A DNA stretch of 64,000 nt from an uncultured virus (IMG/VR IMGVR_UViG_3300030099_001885) (taxonomy: Duplodnaviria > Heunggongvirae > Uroviricota > Caudoviricetes), in the IMG/VR virus record IMGVR_UViG_3300030099_001885, positions 1-64,000 of that record; one strand, 5' to 3'. The notes under the pieces are model-generated. The model was not told where the DNA came from. It saw nothing but the letters and a program-made list of their open reading frames with translations, and made no database searches. Positions 1 to 13,300 of the stretch are shown here, one piece after another; the first letter of the stretch is position 1, and the number at the start of each line of letters is the position of its first letter. The translations under genes and the position numbers were made by a program.

Positions 1-3000
1 CTTTATGAAGATTTTTCAGATGCTGTTGGAAGAGGATTAAATGCTCAATCAAAGGCAGCTCAGGCTAAAGCAGATGCTGCTACAAAACTACAACTCAAAA
101 ACAATTACATCAGGAATCCTAATACAACATTTGGTTTAGGTCACGGTTATGTTCCCAATGCAACTAATGCAACAGATCAAGCAAAAAATGATATGTTATT
201 TACTGTAGTAGGAGAAGCGGCACCTAATGCAGTTGCAGGTATTTTTAATCCTAACGGTGCTGCAGCCAATACCGTACAGGGAAGTCTTGTTGCGGCAGCA
301 ATTCCGGGTCTGAGCGATACTGATCCAAGTGGTAGATCTCTTCAAAACGGTTTAGCTAATTTTCAAGAGCTGTTAAAAACTGGAGATCCCCAAGCTCTGG
401 CTGATTTTGCAAAAAATAATCCCGGTATAGAACAAGAAACTTTAGATGACCTGCGGCTATTAATGGATCCTATGTCATTTATTCAATATGGTTTTAATCC
501 ATCCCAATATAAGACTCAAGTAGGTAGACTGGGAGCTGTTAGTATGGCTGCACAATTACTTGCATTAGATTCTGGTAATGATGCATTAACTACCCCAGAT
601 GGTGTTGTGTTTAATTTTAAATTAGATCCTAGTAGTAGAGATCAATTAAGAAACGCAATTCTTACAGTTCCAGAAGGTGCAGTTGCTGGAAAGTCGGCTA
701 CAGCAAGAAATGCATATCGCATGCGTAATATTGGCGTGGCTGCTGCTCAAATTCAAGCACATAGAAAAGGAATCGAAGCTCCTAAAGATAGGCAAGCACA
801 AGCACAGGTAAGATCAGGTGCTTTAGCTGGGACAGAAGACCTACCCCAAACAAGTGATTTTGTAAGAATCTTAGAGAAAGATTTAGGATTCTCAAGAGAT
901 GGTGCTTTAACTATGTCTGTCATGGGTACAATTATTCCTAATTTTGATTTAGATAGATTAACGCCTGAAATGAGAGACGGAGCTATGGATATTTTGCAAG
1001 GTTTAGCTTTTAGTCGAGAAGGTACTTTTCAAAATCCACTTGTTCAAGCAGAGTATACTGCTGCACAAAGTTTGTTTAGAAAAGATCCTACAGATGCAAG
1101 AGTGTCTGGTACTAGGCGTATTGAGCCCGATGAAGTAGGAAAAAAATTAAGATATTTTTTTGCATTAGGCAAAGGTTTAGGTACATCGGATGCTCTTGAC
1201 TATCAATATACAGACGAAGAACAAACAAGCTATGATGCTTTAATTTCATCTCTTGCTGCAGAAAATACTGATGAAGCTAAAAAAGAAGCAGAAGAAGGAT
1301 TAGCTCGTACTGTTCGCACCTTTGAGGTGGGTGATCAATCTATTGGTCTTAGTATGATGGCAGCTGTAAGAACTTTAGCATTAACAACAAATGATGGAAG
1401 AAATCCATCTCTTACTCCCGGTCAATTCTTTGGTATGGTTCGTATGCCTACTAATTTAGCTCCGGGTAGATCAATGATTGCAGAAGATGGTGGGCTTATT
1501 GTGCCTACTGCAGTTGCTGATTTAACTGGAGATTTATCTACAGCTGGTATTGATATTAAATTAAATACTACACAATCATTAGCAACATCAGCAGTTAATA
1601 ATGCTCGTTTAATGCAAGAATATGTTATTCATCCAGACAACTATGGTGAATATCAATTAAGCACTAGTGAAAGTGCTATGTTGTTTGATAGAGTACGATC
1701 ATTTGCTCAAGAATATGATACAGAATTAGCTGCCGGTCAAATTGATATGTTATCTGCAATTGTTTCTTCTGAATTAATTATGGAGCAAACTACAGGTCAG
1801 CCTAGTCCAATCATAGATGATTTACTTAGAGGACAAGCAGACATTAAAGGTGGTATAAAAAGAGAAGAGTTAATCCCACAGTCTAAAGATGGAAACCCAT
1901 TTAAGATGCCTCACTTGCCTACAATTCAAGTTCTTGTTGCTAATGTTCAAATGGCTGAACCTATGCCCGGACAGGGAGAAGATCAAAAGGATGCGGCGTT
2001 TGTAACTACTGTTAGCGGCGATCAAAAATTATTTGGTATTGAACGTGAAAATCCTATTGGAGACTTAACACAAAATCAAATTGCTGTTCAATTATTTGAG
2101 GAACATAGAAGAGTAGTGCCAGTACAGCGATTAGATATTAACGATCAAAATGTAGAATCATATATTAGTAATGGTACAGATACAAGCCAAGCATTAACAA
2201 GACAGGCTGTAGCTCGGCGTAATGCAGCTGGAGATAATATACCTATCGGTGCGTTATTAACCAGTAGAACCTCAGCTGGAGGTCACGCTACAACTGCAGC
2301 CACAAATCCAGCAGCACGTTTACAACAGTTTAATATTGAACGTGCTGATTATGTTACAAGATTAGGTGATGGTCTTGTTAACCTTGGTTTTGATGTACCT
2401 AAAAATGCTGAAGGTGTATATGACTTTGGCGGCTTTTCTAAGCATCCTCTTGTTAATGTAACATTAGATGGTAAGACAGCACAAATGCGACCCGTTGAAG
2501 CATTAGCATATGTACAGGCTGCTTTATATCCTCGACTTGCACATGCGGCACACTTGGCTGGTGTTGAAATAAGTCCTGAATTTACTGAAGCATTTGCATC
2601 TATTGAAGCAGGAGAAGTAGAAGGAATGGACGCAGGAGATCCCTTCAGAGTAGATCCTCGTATTGGGTCTGTTTTAGAAGCCAGTGATCTTCAGGCATTT
2701 AGTCGTTATGGTCAAAGTGGAATAGATGCTAGAGGGAGAAGGGGTGTTGTTAGAGAAGAACTAAGACCTACTGTAGATTATAGAGATGACGTTTATGGTG
2801 ATGATCCAGATGCAGAAGCTTTTGTAACATTTATGGTTGGTTCAGCTCTTCAACGTTTGCCTGATCCTAGATATGGAGGCAAAGTTAGTCACACAGCAGA
2901 TGCTGATGTAGCTATTGAAAGATATTATGATGTATTGCCTCCAGCACTTCAACGAGCAGAGTTTAGAAGAGTAAGTGGCGATAGTCCTGAATATTATGAT

Positions 3001-4308
3001 AGAAGTTTAAATGAACCCGCTTTTAATTTAGATGGTGTTTTAGCTACAGCTTTAGACGCTGCTGGAACAGTTGAAGGCAATTATCTTTTAAGCGGTGATT
3101 TTTTAATTGATGGTTGGAATTTTGTTGCAAGAGAAATGCTGCCAGATAGAATTTTTAAAGAAGGACATTCTGGAGATGATTTACAAATTGAAGCTGATAC
3201 TAGTGCGGCTAGTAGAGCAGCAGCTAGAGCGGTTTTGTATACACAAGCTGAAAGTATTAGACAAAGAGATGCTTTAAATGATTGGTGGGCATTTGAAGGA
3301 AATCCGAATATATATCCAGTTAATATCCATAACATTGATAAGCTAAGTCAAGGCACTTTTGGTGCAGATGGTAGACTTACCTTTGCTCAATCTGATATTA
3401 AACTTTCTCCAAAACAACCACCTGTAAGTAATCCGCCGGTTAAAATTGTAGATCCTTTAGATTTAACTGCACCAGCACCTAGACCTATAAGTACACCTGC
3501 AGATAAGCCAACATTGCCACCAAGTGGGACGCGTAAAGGCTTGCCAGTAAGTACACCTGACGATAAACCAATTGCAGGATTGCCTAAAGGTTTTGATGAT
3601 TTGCCGGGAACACAAGTAGGACCTGTTATAACTTTAGATCAATTAACCGATCAAGGTGGACCAAGAGGAACTACAATTACCAACTTTGTTGTTATGTCTG
3701 CACTGGGGGCTACTAATGGTTCTCTTCCAGATTATGTTAATTTAAATGGAATTAACCGATCTAAGGTTGGGCTTAAAAGAGATGGCAATAAGACCAGTCT
3801 ATTTATGCAGACACCTGTTGATTATCCTACATCTGATTTACAAAGAGAAATTGTAAGTAGTTTTAGAAAAGAATTAAAAGATTTTAGAAAATTAAATAAT
3901 GTTTTAAAATCTGAAGGTATTCAAGGTTTTAGTAAATTTGCACCAAAAGATCCAAGTAAATATTGGAAGTCTTATGAACCCGGATTTACTTCAGATACCT
4001 TTGATATTAGCATGATCTATGACTATAAGGGTTACTTTAGAGACTGGGGTAAAAATATTATTAAAGATGACTATCAAGGTGACTCAGGTGATCTGTTTGT
4101 TGATCGGACTAATAAACCTGCCCTTGATTATTTAGACACATCGCGAACCGATAAAACTTTTGGGGCTGCTATGATGAACCCTGATAATTGGGATATTAAT
4201 ATTGACTTAGATGCAGATGCTATTCTGCAAAATTTACAAGACGGTAATTATCGTAGAACTGATAATATTGGCTTCGGCTTTTCCTTTAACTTTACATGGG
4301 AGTTTTAA
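1..4308 (+). CDS. Large internal virion/ejection protein (gp15-like position), 5'-truncated by the window edge
   Basis: Frame 1 is open from base 1, upstream of the listed Met at 193. It is over 1430 aa, Ala/Asp/Gln-rich, and lies directly before the giant virion protein. No catalytic motif recognised, so the call rests on position. Confidence 0.6.
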   Translation, partial: LYEDFSDAVGRGLNAQSKAAQAKADAATKLQLKNNYIRNPNTTFGLGHGYVPNATNATDQAKNDMLFTVVGEAAPNAVAGIFNPNGAAANTVQGSLVAAAIPGLSDTDPSGRSLQNGLANFQELLKTGDPQALADFAKNNPGIEQETLDDLRLLMDPMSFIQYGFNPSQYKTQVGRLGAVSMAAQLLALDSGNDALTTPDGVVFNFKLDPSSRDQLRNAILTVPEGAVAGKSATARNAYRMRNIGVAAAQIQAHRKGIEAPKDRQAQAQVRSGALAGTEDLPQTSDFVRILEKDLGFSRDGALTMSVMGTIIPNFDLDRLTPEMRDGAMDILQGLAFSREGTFQNPLVQAEYTAAQSLFRKDPTDARVSGTRRIEPDEVGKKLRYFFALGKGLGTSDALDYQYTDEEQTSYDALISSLAAENTDEAKKEAEEGLARTVRTFEVGDQSIGLSMMAAVRTLALTTNDGRNPSLTPGQFFGMVRMPTNLAPGRSMIAEDGGLIVPTAVADLTGDLSTAGIDIKLNTTQSLATSAVNNARLMQEYVIHPDNYGEYQLSTSESAMLFDRVRSFAQEYDTELAAGQIDMLSAIVSSELIMEQTTGQPSPIIDDLLRGQADIKGGIKREELIPQSKDGNPFKMPHLPTIQVLVANVQMAEPMPGQGEDQKDAAFVTTVSGDQKLFGIERENPIGDLTQNQIAVQLFEEHRRVVPVQRLDINDQNVESYISNGTDTSQALTRQAVARRNAAGDNIPIGALLTSRTSAGGHATTAATNPAARLQQFNIERADYVTRLGDGLVNLGFDVPKNAEGVYDFGGFSKHPLVNVTLDGKTAQMRPVEALAYVQAALYPRLAHAAHLAGVEISPEFTEAFASIEAGEVEGMDAGDPFRVDPRIGSVLEASDLQAFSRYGQSGIDARGRRGVVREELRPTVDYRDDVYGDDPDAEAFVTFMVGSALQRLPDPRYGGKVSHTADADVAIERYYDVLPPALQRAEFRRVSGDSPEYYDRSLNEPAFNLDGVLATALDAAGTVEGNYLLSGDFLIDGWNFVAREMLPDRIFKEGHSGDDLQIEADTSAASRAAARAVLYTQAESIRQRDALNDWWAFEGNPNIYPVNIHNIDKLSQGTFGADGRLTFAQSDIKLSPKQPPVSNPPVKIVDPLDLTAPAPRPISTPADKPTLPPSGTRKGLPVSTPDDKPIAGLPKGFDDLPGTQVGPVITLDQLTDQGGPRGTTITNFVVMSALGATNGSLPDYVNLNGINRSKVGLKRDGNKTSLFMQTPVDYPTSDLQREIVSSFRKELKDFRKLNNVLKSEGIQGFSKFAPKDPSKYWKSYEPGFTSDTFDISMIYDYKGYFRDWGKNIIKDDYQGDSGDLFVDRTNKPALDYLDTSRTDKTFGAAMMNPDNWDINIDLDADAILQNLQDGNYRRTDNIGFGFSFNFTWEF

Positions 4309-4311
4309 ATT

Positions 4312-7300
4312 ATGATACCAGATCCTCGACAAGACTTGTTTGATTTAGCAGATCAACAAGATATCTTTAGGCAATTGACGCGGCAGCAGTCGCCTCAGCC
4401 TACAACTACTCGGGGGGAAAGAGAGTATGCTGACTTCTTAGAAGATTTAGAAGTAAATGCTAATGTAGGTTCTATGAGTTTTAGTAGAGCAGAGGCTTCA
4501 CGACAGGCTGCTTTAGATAGAAGAACTTATGGCAAGTTAAAAGATAATGTACAAAATGCAGAGATGCTTGGTCATGATAATCCTAAGCATGCCTCTGAAT
4601 TATATGATTTTAACTTTAAGATTCAAACTCCTGATGCTCAGGGCAACCTTGTAATTAAAGATAGTAGAACTCTTGGGTGGGCAGATGCTAGTGAAGCTAG
4701 TTTTGCTATGGCTAATACTGAAGTGCAACGTGGTATTGTTTCGCGTAACGCAGCAGGTATGAATATCAATAAGAACTTAATGTTTGGTGGAGCTAGAGAA
4801 TTCTTTGAGAATAGAGGATTAAGTCAAAAAGATACTCCCTATGATCAAGAAGTAAAAGATATTACTGTAGCCAGTGATGGATTTAATATGGATCCTAGAA
4901 ACTGGAGAACTTCGTTTGATTTGTTTGGCTATATGGATAGTCCAGATACTAATGCACTGAAATGGGTTGATCCTAGTTTTAATGCTAAAGAATATTTAAA
5001 TGAAATTAATGCTCTTAAACCAGAGTATACCTCTCTATTAATGCGTAATGGTGTAGATATTGAAGCATTAAAAAAAACTACTAATGCTAATCAGTTTTGG
5101 ATGCAGATTAATAAACAACAGGTATTAATGTCAGCAGCTACATCTATTGCTATGTGGAAAGAAAAAGTTCCTGAGTATCAAGAGTGGGCAATGCTTACTA
5201 AAGATTTTATTAGAGATTCTTTAATCAATGACCCAGATTTTGCAGGTGAAATGGTTCTTACTGGTGCTCTTGGTATTCTTAGTGCTGGTACGGCTGTTCC
5301 CGGTTTAATGGCACTGTCAGTTGCTCGTAAGGGTGGCAGAGGTGTTAAAGTAGCCAAACATATGTTAAAAGCATCTAGAATGATTAAGAAGGCAGCACAA
5401 AAAGCTAATAATGCTTTGCCTCAAAACTGGGGATTAACCTTTGGTCATGCAATTAGAAATACACAAGTAGGTAAGTTCTTAAGTGTAACCAGTGATGACT
5501 TTATTGTAGACGGTGTGCGATTTGGTAAAACTCGAAAGTATGGCTCTAAGTTAGCTGGATATACTCTTGCAGAAGTACCTGCAGGTTTTATTGAAGAGGG
5601 TATTGCTGGTGCATACAATGCTTATACTATTAATCAACTTGATACAACTGAAGATAGAAGCTTATTTAAATCTTTTGTTAATGAAGGTATTCAAGGTTCT
5701 TTAGTTAGAGCTTTTGCTATTAATCCTTTACTTAGAGGATTTAACTTTGGTATTAGGTATGGCACTTCTAAAGCGGGCAATATCGCTTTAAATAATATTG
5801 GTTTCTTAGGTGGAGAAGCTGGCTGGGCTCAATCTCTTGGCGGTGCTTTTATGGAAGCACGACGTTTTGCTGATTTAGATGATGTTCAATTCTTAGATAA
5901 TGAGATTGATACAATCGAGGTTCTTGAAGCACTAAGATCTATGAAGATGAGAGAATCGGATCTTGTTGCAGAACTTGAAGGCACAACTTTAGAACAACTT
6001 GTGAATGAACATCCAGCTATGATTGCTATCTCAGAGATGCTTAAGTTTGATCAAGAGGGTAGAATTATTGGCAGAGATCCAGAAACTGGAGAGCTTAAGA
6101 TTGTATCACTTTTAAAAGAAGCTCGTCGTGAAGTAGCTAGAGCTAGAGTATTTAAATCAGAAGGTATTGAAGATCCTGATATTGATTTAGAAATTAGAGA
6201 TACTGATACAGATGTTGAGAAACAAAGAAAGAAAGAACTTAATGATCGTATTGAAGACGATATTAAAAACTCTGATGTAACTAATGATGAAATTAATCTA
6301 GCCATGTTGCATACTTTCTGGGGTAAACTGGATGCCGATGCTAAGAGCTCATATGAAGCTCAACAGATGAGAAACATGGCATACTTTAAAGTACAAGTTA
6401 GAGGTCTTGCTATTGAGCGTATGCGTGCTGCTCAGAAAGAAGGCAGGAAGTTAACTATTGAGGAAGCTCAACAGGAAGTCTTGCGGGATCCTGACTTACT
6501 CACCAAGATTGATTCTGGTGGTATTGCTACTGAGTTAGATCAGTTAATTGCTAAACAACATCCAGAATTGTTTGATGAACGACTTGTCTATAATGAAGAA
6601 ACAGGAGAACAAAGTGTTGTCTTTGTACCCAAGTCTATGGTTGTTGATAAAGACGGTACTGTTATGGCTGGTGAAGCTCTTACGGAAATGTTAAATAACA
6701 TTCGTCGTAATGTAAACTTTGATACACAACGTGCTGCAATTATGAACCACCGTAAGAAATTAGGCATGGTAAAGGATGTTAGATTTGCTATTGATGAAGC
6801 ATTAAATCAAAGGGTTGGAGAAATCTTTGGCAAGCTGCAAGGTAAAATTTCACATGGCAAGAACTTTGAAAGAGTACAAAATTTTGTTCGTCAAGAATAT
6901 GGTGCAGCTCAAAAAGGTACAGTTATTACCGTCGATGGTAAAAGAGGTACATTAAAAGATATTGATGATGCTGATATTATTGTACTTAGAACACAAGTTA
7001 GAGGCACTAAGACTACAGGTGAGTTAACATTTAAAGGTTACAATCTTGCAGATGGTACACTTGGTGATAAAGTTGTGATTGTCGAGATTAGTGCCTTTAC
7101 TATTGAACATGCAGAAACATTTAGAAACTTTTTAAATAGTCTTGAGGTTATTGATAAACTAGAAGTTGAAAAAATTCAAAACTCTGTAAGACCTGTAATT
7201 GTTAGAGGTTTGAATAGAACACTTAATCTTGATAATTTATCAGATACAGAATTAGATGAAGTATATGGTATTGTTACTTTAAATAGAGATCCATCTTTAC

Positions 7301-10300
7301 GATCTCCAGAATTAAGAGAAACAAGAGAAGGATTCCCTATTGTTGAAGAGCCTACAGCTAGACAGGCTAGACGGCAGCAACAACAAGAGCAGATCATAGA
7401 TGCATTAGCAGATATTTTAGTTGTTAGAGCAGTGTCTCAATTTGAAGGTGCTAGTGAAGTTCAAACCTCTATGCTTGCTAGAATTAATGGATTATTAAAT
7501 TTAGATGAAGGTAAAATTAATTCAATTGTTAGCAATCTTAGAAGATCCCAGTTTGGTCGTAGTTTATTACAAGATGTAGGTAATGTATTTGGTATTGAGC
7601 TTGCTCCTCTCGAAGGACTCCCTGTGCCTCCTACTGATACAGATGCCACAGACCGCCTCAGAGACGCTATGGGCGTTCCTAGAGATTCAGCCGTACCTCC
7701 ACAGGCTGACAGACCGCAGCCCCCTACAGAGGATCCTGACGCACCTCCTGCGGGTCCTGATACTCCTATTGGACCACAGCCATTTATTGGTCCTCAGCCT
7801 AGAGTGGGCAAAGCTGATCCAACACCTACACCACCTGCAGATATTGCTCCTACTCCTAAACCAGCCCCGCCAGCAGAAACTGCTCCTGTAACCGAGCCTG
7901 ATCCGGTAACTGAGCCTACGCCACCGGCAGAAACTAGTACAGAAGATAATGCAGAAGAGTTGGATAATGCTTTAGAATCTGCGGCTACAACTACAACATC
8001 CGATTCTGGTGATCAACTTAATCAAGCTATGGAAGATGCTGATACTGGTAAGATTGCTCAAGAAAAAGATACTGAGATGACTGGTGACTTGGCTAAAGCT
8101 GCCGAGCTTAGAAAAGAAGCCAATGCTATCCAAGAAAGAATTGCACAACGTAACTCTCAATTAGATTCTAGTGGTCAACGTGTTGTTAATAATGCTAGAA
8201 CACGCGGTGATGAAATTAGAACTGAACTAAAAGCATTAGAACAGGCTCGTACTGATATGCGTGCTAAAGATGATTTTAGTCCAGAAGATGGAGAGTATGT
8301 TAATAATATGCAAAGAACAGATAAGCTTGAAAAAGAGTTGCAAAAATTAGAGCAAGGTGCTGTAAAAGCACAGCTTAGAACTACTGAAAATAATAAAGAT
8401 GCAAACGAAGCTGATCTAAAACGACTGCAAGAAATTCAAGATGAAATGTCTAAGCTTGCTCCTGATACTCAGTTTACTGTAACGGAAGAACTGTGGGCTC
8501 AGGTAGAAGTGTTAAAAATGAAGCGTCAAAAGTATGACAAAGCATATAGGGCATTAAATAAATTAGTAGACCCTAGTAAAAAAGCTATGTTATCACAGAT
8601 TCAATCTGCTCTAGCTACTGCTGGTATTTATCAATCTAAAGATAAAATTGGTAAGGATATGCGAGATCAGATTAATAGAATTCTTAAGAATCAAAAGAAA
8701 GATCCATTACCTTCTTATAAAGATAATACAGAAGTCAATGTTAAATTATTTAATCAAGCTTTCAAGGCATATTCAAAAGGTATTTTAAGAATTGGCAAAC
8801 AGCCTTTAACCAAAGATGAGTTGGGTCAAGCATCTGTTATGGCTAAGATTGGTAAGTCTAAATGGAGCGATCTAAGTGATATGGACTCAGCTGATGCTAT
8901 TGCTGCATATCAGATTGATAGCAGTACAGATCCTTTAAGTATTACCGATAAACCTTTTACTGGTATAATGAAAGAATCATTTAATCCTCTTAATAGATTA
9001 ACAGGAGACTTAGAGGAAGACGAAAAAATTGCAGCGTTGGCTATTCAAAATAACTTAGAGTTTGTCAAAACTTTACAAAATAGTTTAATTAATGTTTTCA
9101 ATACTTTAAATAGAAGATTTGTAACAGCTGCTGAGCTAGCATCGTTTGCACTAGGCACTACTACTAGAGTGGGCAATGTAAATGTGGGTGCTGTATATGC
9201 CAAATTAAACTTTGATGTTATTTTCCCAAATGCTTTAAGAAAAGGTGATGATGGTAAGTCTGTTCAATTCTTTAGTGTAGAAACTTTATTAGATGAATTA
9301 GATATGCATCAAGCACGCTTAGAGTTTGCCATGCCTACTAAAGATGGTATTAAAGGCCAAAGAAATACTTTGCGTAAAATTGAAGCAGCTAGAGCTTTGT
9401 TAGAACGAGATGAAATGGTTCCCGATCCAGAACTTCTTATTGAAGAGGTAATTGAGTTGGCGGAAGGTGATGCAGAAGTCTTGAGAACTGTAGGTAAACA
9501 ATTGTTTGCTGAAGGGTCTACAGCTGGTAGATATTTAGTTGGTATTGATCGTAATGGCCAAATTATCTATAACACTGATTCTGAAGTATATGAATCTAAT
9601 ATTGATCAAGCAATCCTAACTAGATTGGAATCTTATAGTACAAATAGAATTGCTGTTAGAAATATTATTGATGAGTTGATTAGAGCAGAGATTATTCCTG
9701 AATCTGCTAGACAAATGAAAATCTTAGAAGACGATGATGTTTTAGAATTTAGAGAATATATTCGTGAATATCTTCTTAAGTATCCGGGCAATGAGTCTGG
9801 AACATTAGCGGCGTGGGGTAATGGAGAAGTATCGTATTCATTTGCTGACCAAGTTGGCATGGGTGTTGTTGATACTTTAGCTATGGTGCGTGAAGGCACT
9901 GAACATGAAAACATTGAATCATTTAACGATGAGTTTAAAGATGGTCGCATTGTAGATGTTGATAGAGTAAGAGAAGGCAGAGATCCTAATAAGTATCGCG
10001 GTGCTCCTCTGCGTATTAACATGGCAGAACCTATGACTGCTGGTAGATTACAAAAGCTTCGCGAAGATCATAGATTGATGCGTATTAATCAGTTTGTATT
10101 AGAGCAAGACTTAACTCCTGAGCAAGTAAGAGAAGTTTTTGACTGGGCAGATACTGGCAGCGAAGCAACAGAAGTTGTAACTGATGCTGCTGGATTTATT
10201 GCTGGTGAAAGACCAATGCCTAGAATCCTAGTGTCAGGTCCAGAACAAACATTGCGAGAGCGAGACAAAGTAATTGATGACATGCTATTAACTATGTCTG

Positions 10301-13300
10301 GTGTAGATCAAGTATTGGCATCTACTATTCATGATGCTTGGAATACTCAGACTAATGGTGTACAGCCCAATGGCGGTTTTATTGATGAAGGAGAGTTTAG
10401 AAAATTATCCGAAAAATTAGGAATGACTGCTGATGGTTTGTCAAGAGTTATGAGCAACAGAGAAGGTGCAGGAGCTGGTGCATACGGTGGTTTAGCTTCC
10501 GGTATTACTAGCTTTGGCACTGTAGCATTCCATGCAAACCGTGGCTGGGAAGCATTGTTCCCGATCTTTAGAGATGCAGCTATTGATTCTGTCGCATCTT
10601 GGGAAGCTCTTAACAAAGCTATTGCACAAGATCCAACTATTGAAATTAAAAGTCTTCAAGATATTCTTAGCAAAGAAACTTATTTTGATGGCAACTTTAA
10701 TGGTATTCATCATAAGATGGCTTTGTTATTCCAGTGGACAAACAAGCAAGTCTTTGATGGTGCTACTAGAGAAGAGATTAGAGCAGCTATTGAAGGCGAA
10801 GGAGATGCCTTTGATCAGTTCTTAGCTAAACAAATGGATAGGATTAATGAAGAGTTTAAGTCTTCAGCTGGACAAGATTATTATGCTAAGGTTGCTCACG
10901 ATGTTATGTTTAAAGTTTTGAATACAGCATATAATGGTTTAGGAGAAGCTAAGACTTCTGCACTTAAAACTGTAGAGTCTATGAAAGAAAGAGGACTGTT
11001 ACCAGAAACTATTAATCAAAATAACTATAAAGATATTCTTACTGTTGAAGCTATTGGTGACGAGTCTAATGCTGATCTTAATATTTTAAGAAAGTTATTT
11101 AAGAAACCTGTTATGGTGTATCTGTATGGTGCAGGATTTAACAAGATTAACAGCCAGTTTATTGACTTTATGCAAACTGAATTTGATATGTCAATGAGTG
11201 AAGCTACCGAGATTGCCTTGCCTTTGTCTCAAGTTGCTCATGGTTTTGGTATGAAAGAAAGACAAGTTGCCATGACTATGCTTGCTAAAGAGGAATCATC
11301 TCTTAGCGAAATCATTGGTGGTAGAAATCAAATGGAAGCTATCCTTGATGCCATGCGAAAACGTATGGATCAAAGAGGATTTAATTCGCAAGCTGTTCGA
11401 GATATTAACAATATTATTGCAACTATGACTGGATTGGATGATCTTGATAACATCCAATTTAATCATATTGCTTTCCAAATCCAAGCTCGCAATGCAATGA
11501 TTGAAGATCTTATCCAAGTTCGTTTAGGTTATGAGGTTGGTACACCTGAGTATAATGCTGTTAAGAAACAAATTAATAGTATGACCAAAGCAGCACAAGA
11601 CAAGCAAAGTCAAGCCTTACAAACTAGAATTCACAAGGGACTTGATTCTATTTCCGGCAAAGATCCAACAGGAGAGCGAGCACACTTTGCTGTTACAGAT
11701 CCAGCGGAGCGACAAGAATATGTTAATGCTATTGAGATTATTTTAACTAGAGATAGAAGTGAGTGGGCAACTCTTATCCCTGACTTTATTGATAAGGATG
11801 GTAATTTAAAGAGCAAGCCTTCAGGCAAAACTTTAGGAAAAGAAAATATTGCCAGCATTCTTAGATTAATTAGAACTGAACTTAGTCAACCAATCACCAA
11901 ATCGGAAGCTAGAGAAATTCAAGATGCTGCTATTAATGCATCAGGTATTGAAAGCGGTTTGTTTAAAGCTGTTAAAGCATTAAATCAAGTTGCTCGTAAA
12001 GCTGATATGCAAAGTCTTGAAGAGCTTATGGATTTTATGGGCGTTAGTTTATTAGAACCTAGTATGCGAGAAACGCTGTCACAATTCTATTCTGAAAACG
12101 AAACCTATCGAGGTATTGGTAGTGACTTGTATTCTGGTAGATTGTATGCCACAGAGCATACAGGATCTCATCAAGGACCCAAGGGTGCTCAAGATAAGGG
12201 TCAATCTGCAAGTGAGCCCCTGTTATCTATGGGTGTAATGGTTAAGACTAGACCTGAGTTGACTAGAGAAAAAGCTGAACAAATGTTTGCTAGATTTATT
12301 CTGGGTCGTTCTGCTAATGTAAAAACTGACAGTAATCATATTATTATTCAACTCGCAAAAAAACAAGGTAGAGATGATATTGTTGCTTTACTTACTCCTG
12401 AAAGTGAGTTAACAGAACAACAGGTTGCAGAACGTGATGCACAGTTTGTTAAACAATGGTTAACAGAATATAGTAAGTTAAAAGATATTGAAAGAACTTT
12501 CCAACAGAAACGTAATGCTGCAGAAGCAATGGGGCATGTCTTAGATCCTGATGGTGTCTTAGCACAGAAGATTAAATTATCTGCTGGATTGCAAGCTGCT
12601 ACCCAAGGTACTTTAGATATGGGTGAATCAGCTCCATCTGAAAGCATTGATCAATTAATTGATAGACAAATTCAAGTTGGAGTAAACTATGGTTTATTCT
12701 CCAGTAGAGCTCAAGTATTTGATACTAGCTTCCGCGATCTTGGTGTACCTGAATTAAAAGTGTCAAGAGAAAAACGTAAATTAGGATTAAGTGCTAAACA
12801 AAGAATTGAAGATGTTAAACAATTCCAAGATGAGTATACAGGATTTGATGTAGATGATGCACGCGTAATCAAAGAAGAGCATGTTAATAACGTGTTAGAA
12901 AATTCTTATGAGACTGATCCTAATAGTTTATTACACGAACATCGTGAACGGTTAATGCAAAATGGATTAAGAGCAAGAGTAGGACACAGAACTATTCAAA
13001 GAGTTTCTTTCCAATTAGAAGATAGTCTTATTAACTTTGCTGCTGAAAATGGTTTAATTAATTTGGTTAAATCAAATGATTGGCAAACATTAGACTATTT
13101 GCGACAGGCTTTTATTATTCGTGAGAAGAATGCTAGATTACAAGCAGAAGAAGTGCAGATTATTATGCAAGATGTTTCTAAGCCAAATGATGTTCGTAAT
13201 AGAGAAATCGAAGCTCGGATTCATTATTGGAGAAGAATGACTGATCTTGAGATCAGAGCTATTAATCAAAGGTTTATTGATAACAACGAGGCTCGAAGTT

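Noticed and set aside
7620..7950. Tandem repeat or mobile insertion in the giant gene
   Set aside because: This is an in-frame low-complexity Pro/Thr/Glu linker with only short imperfect repeats.
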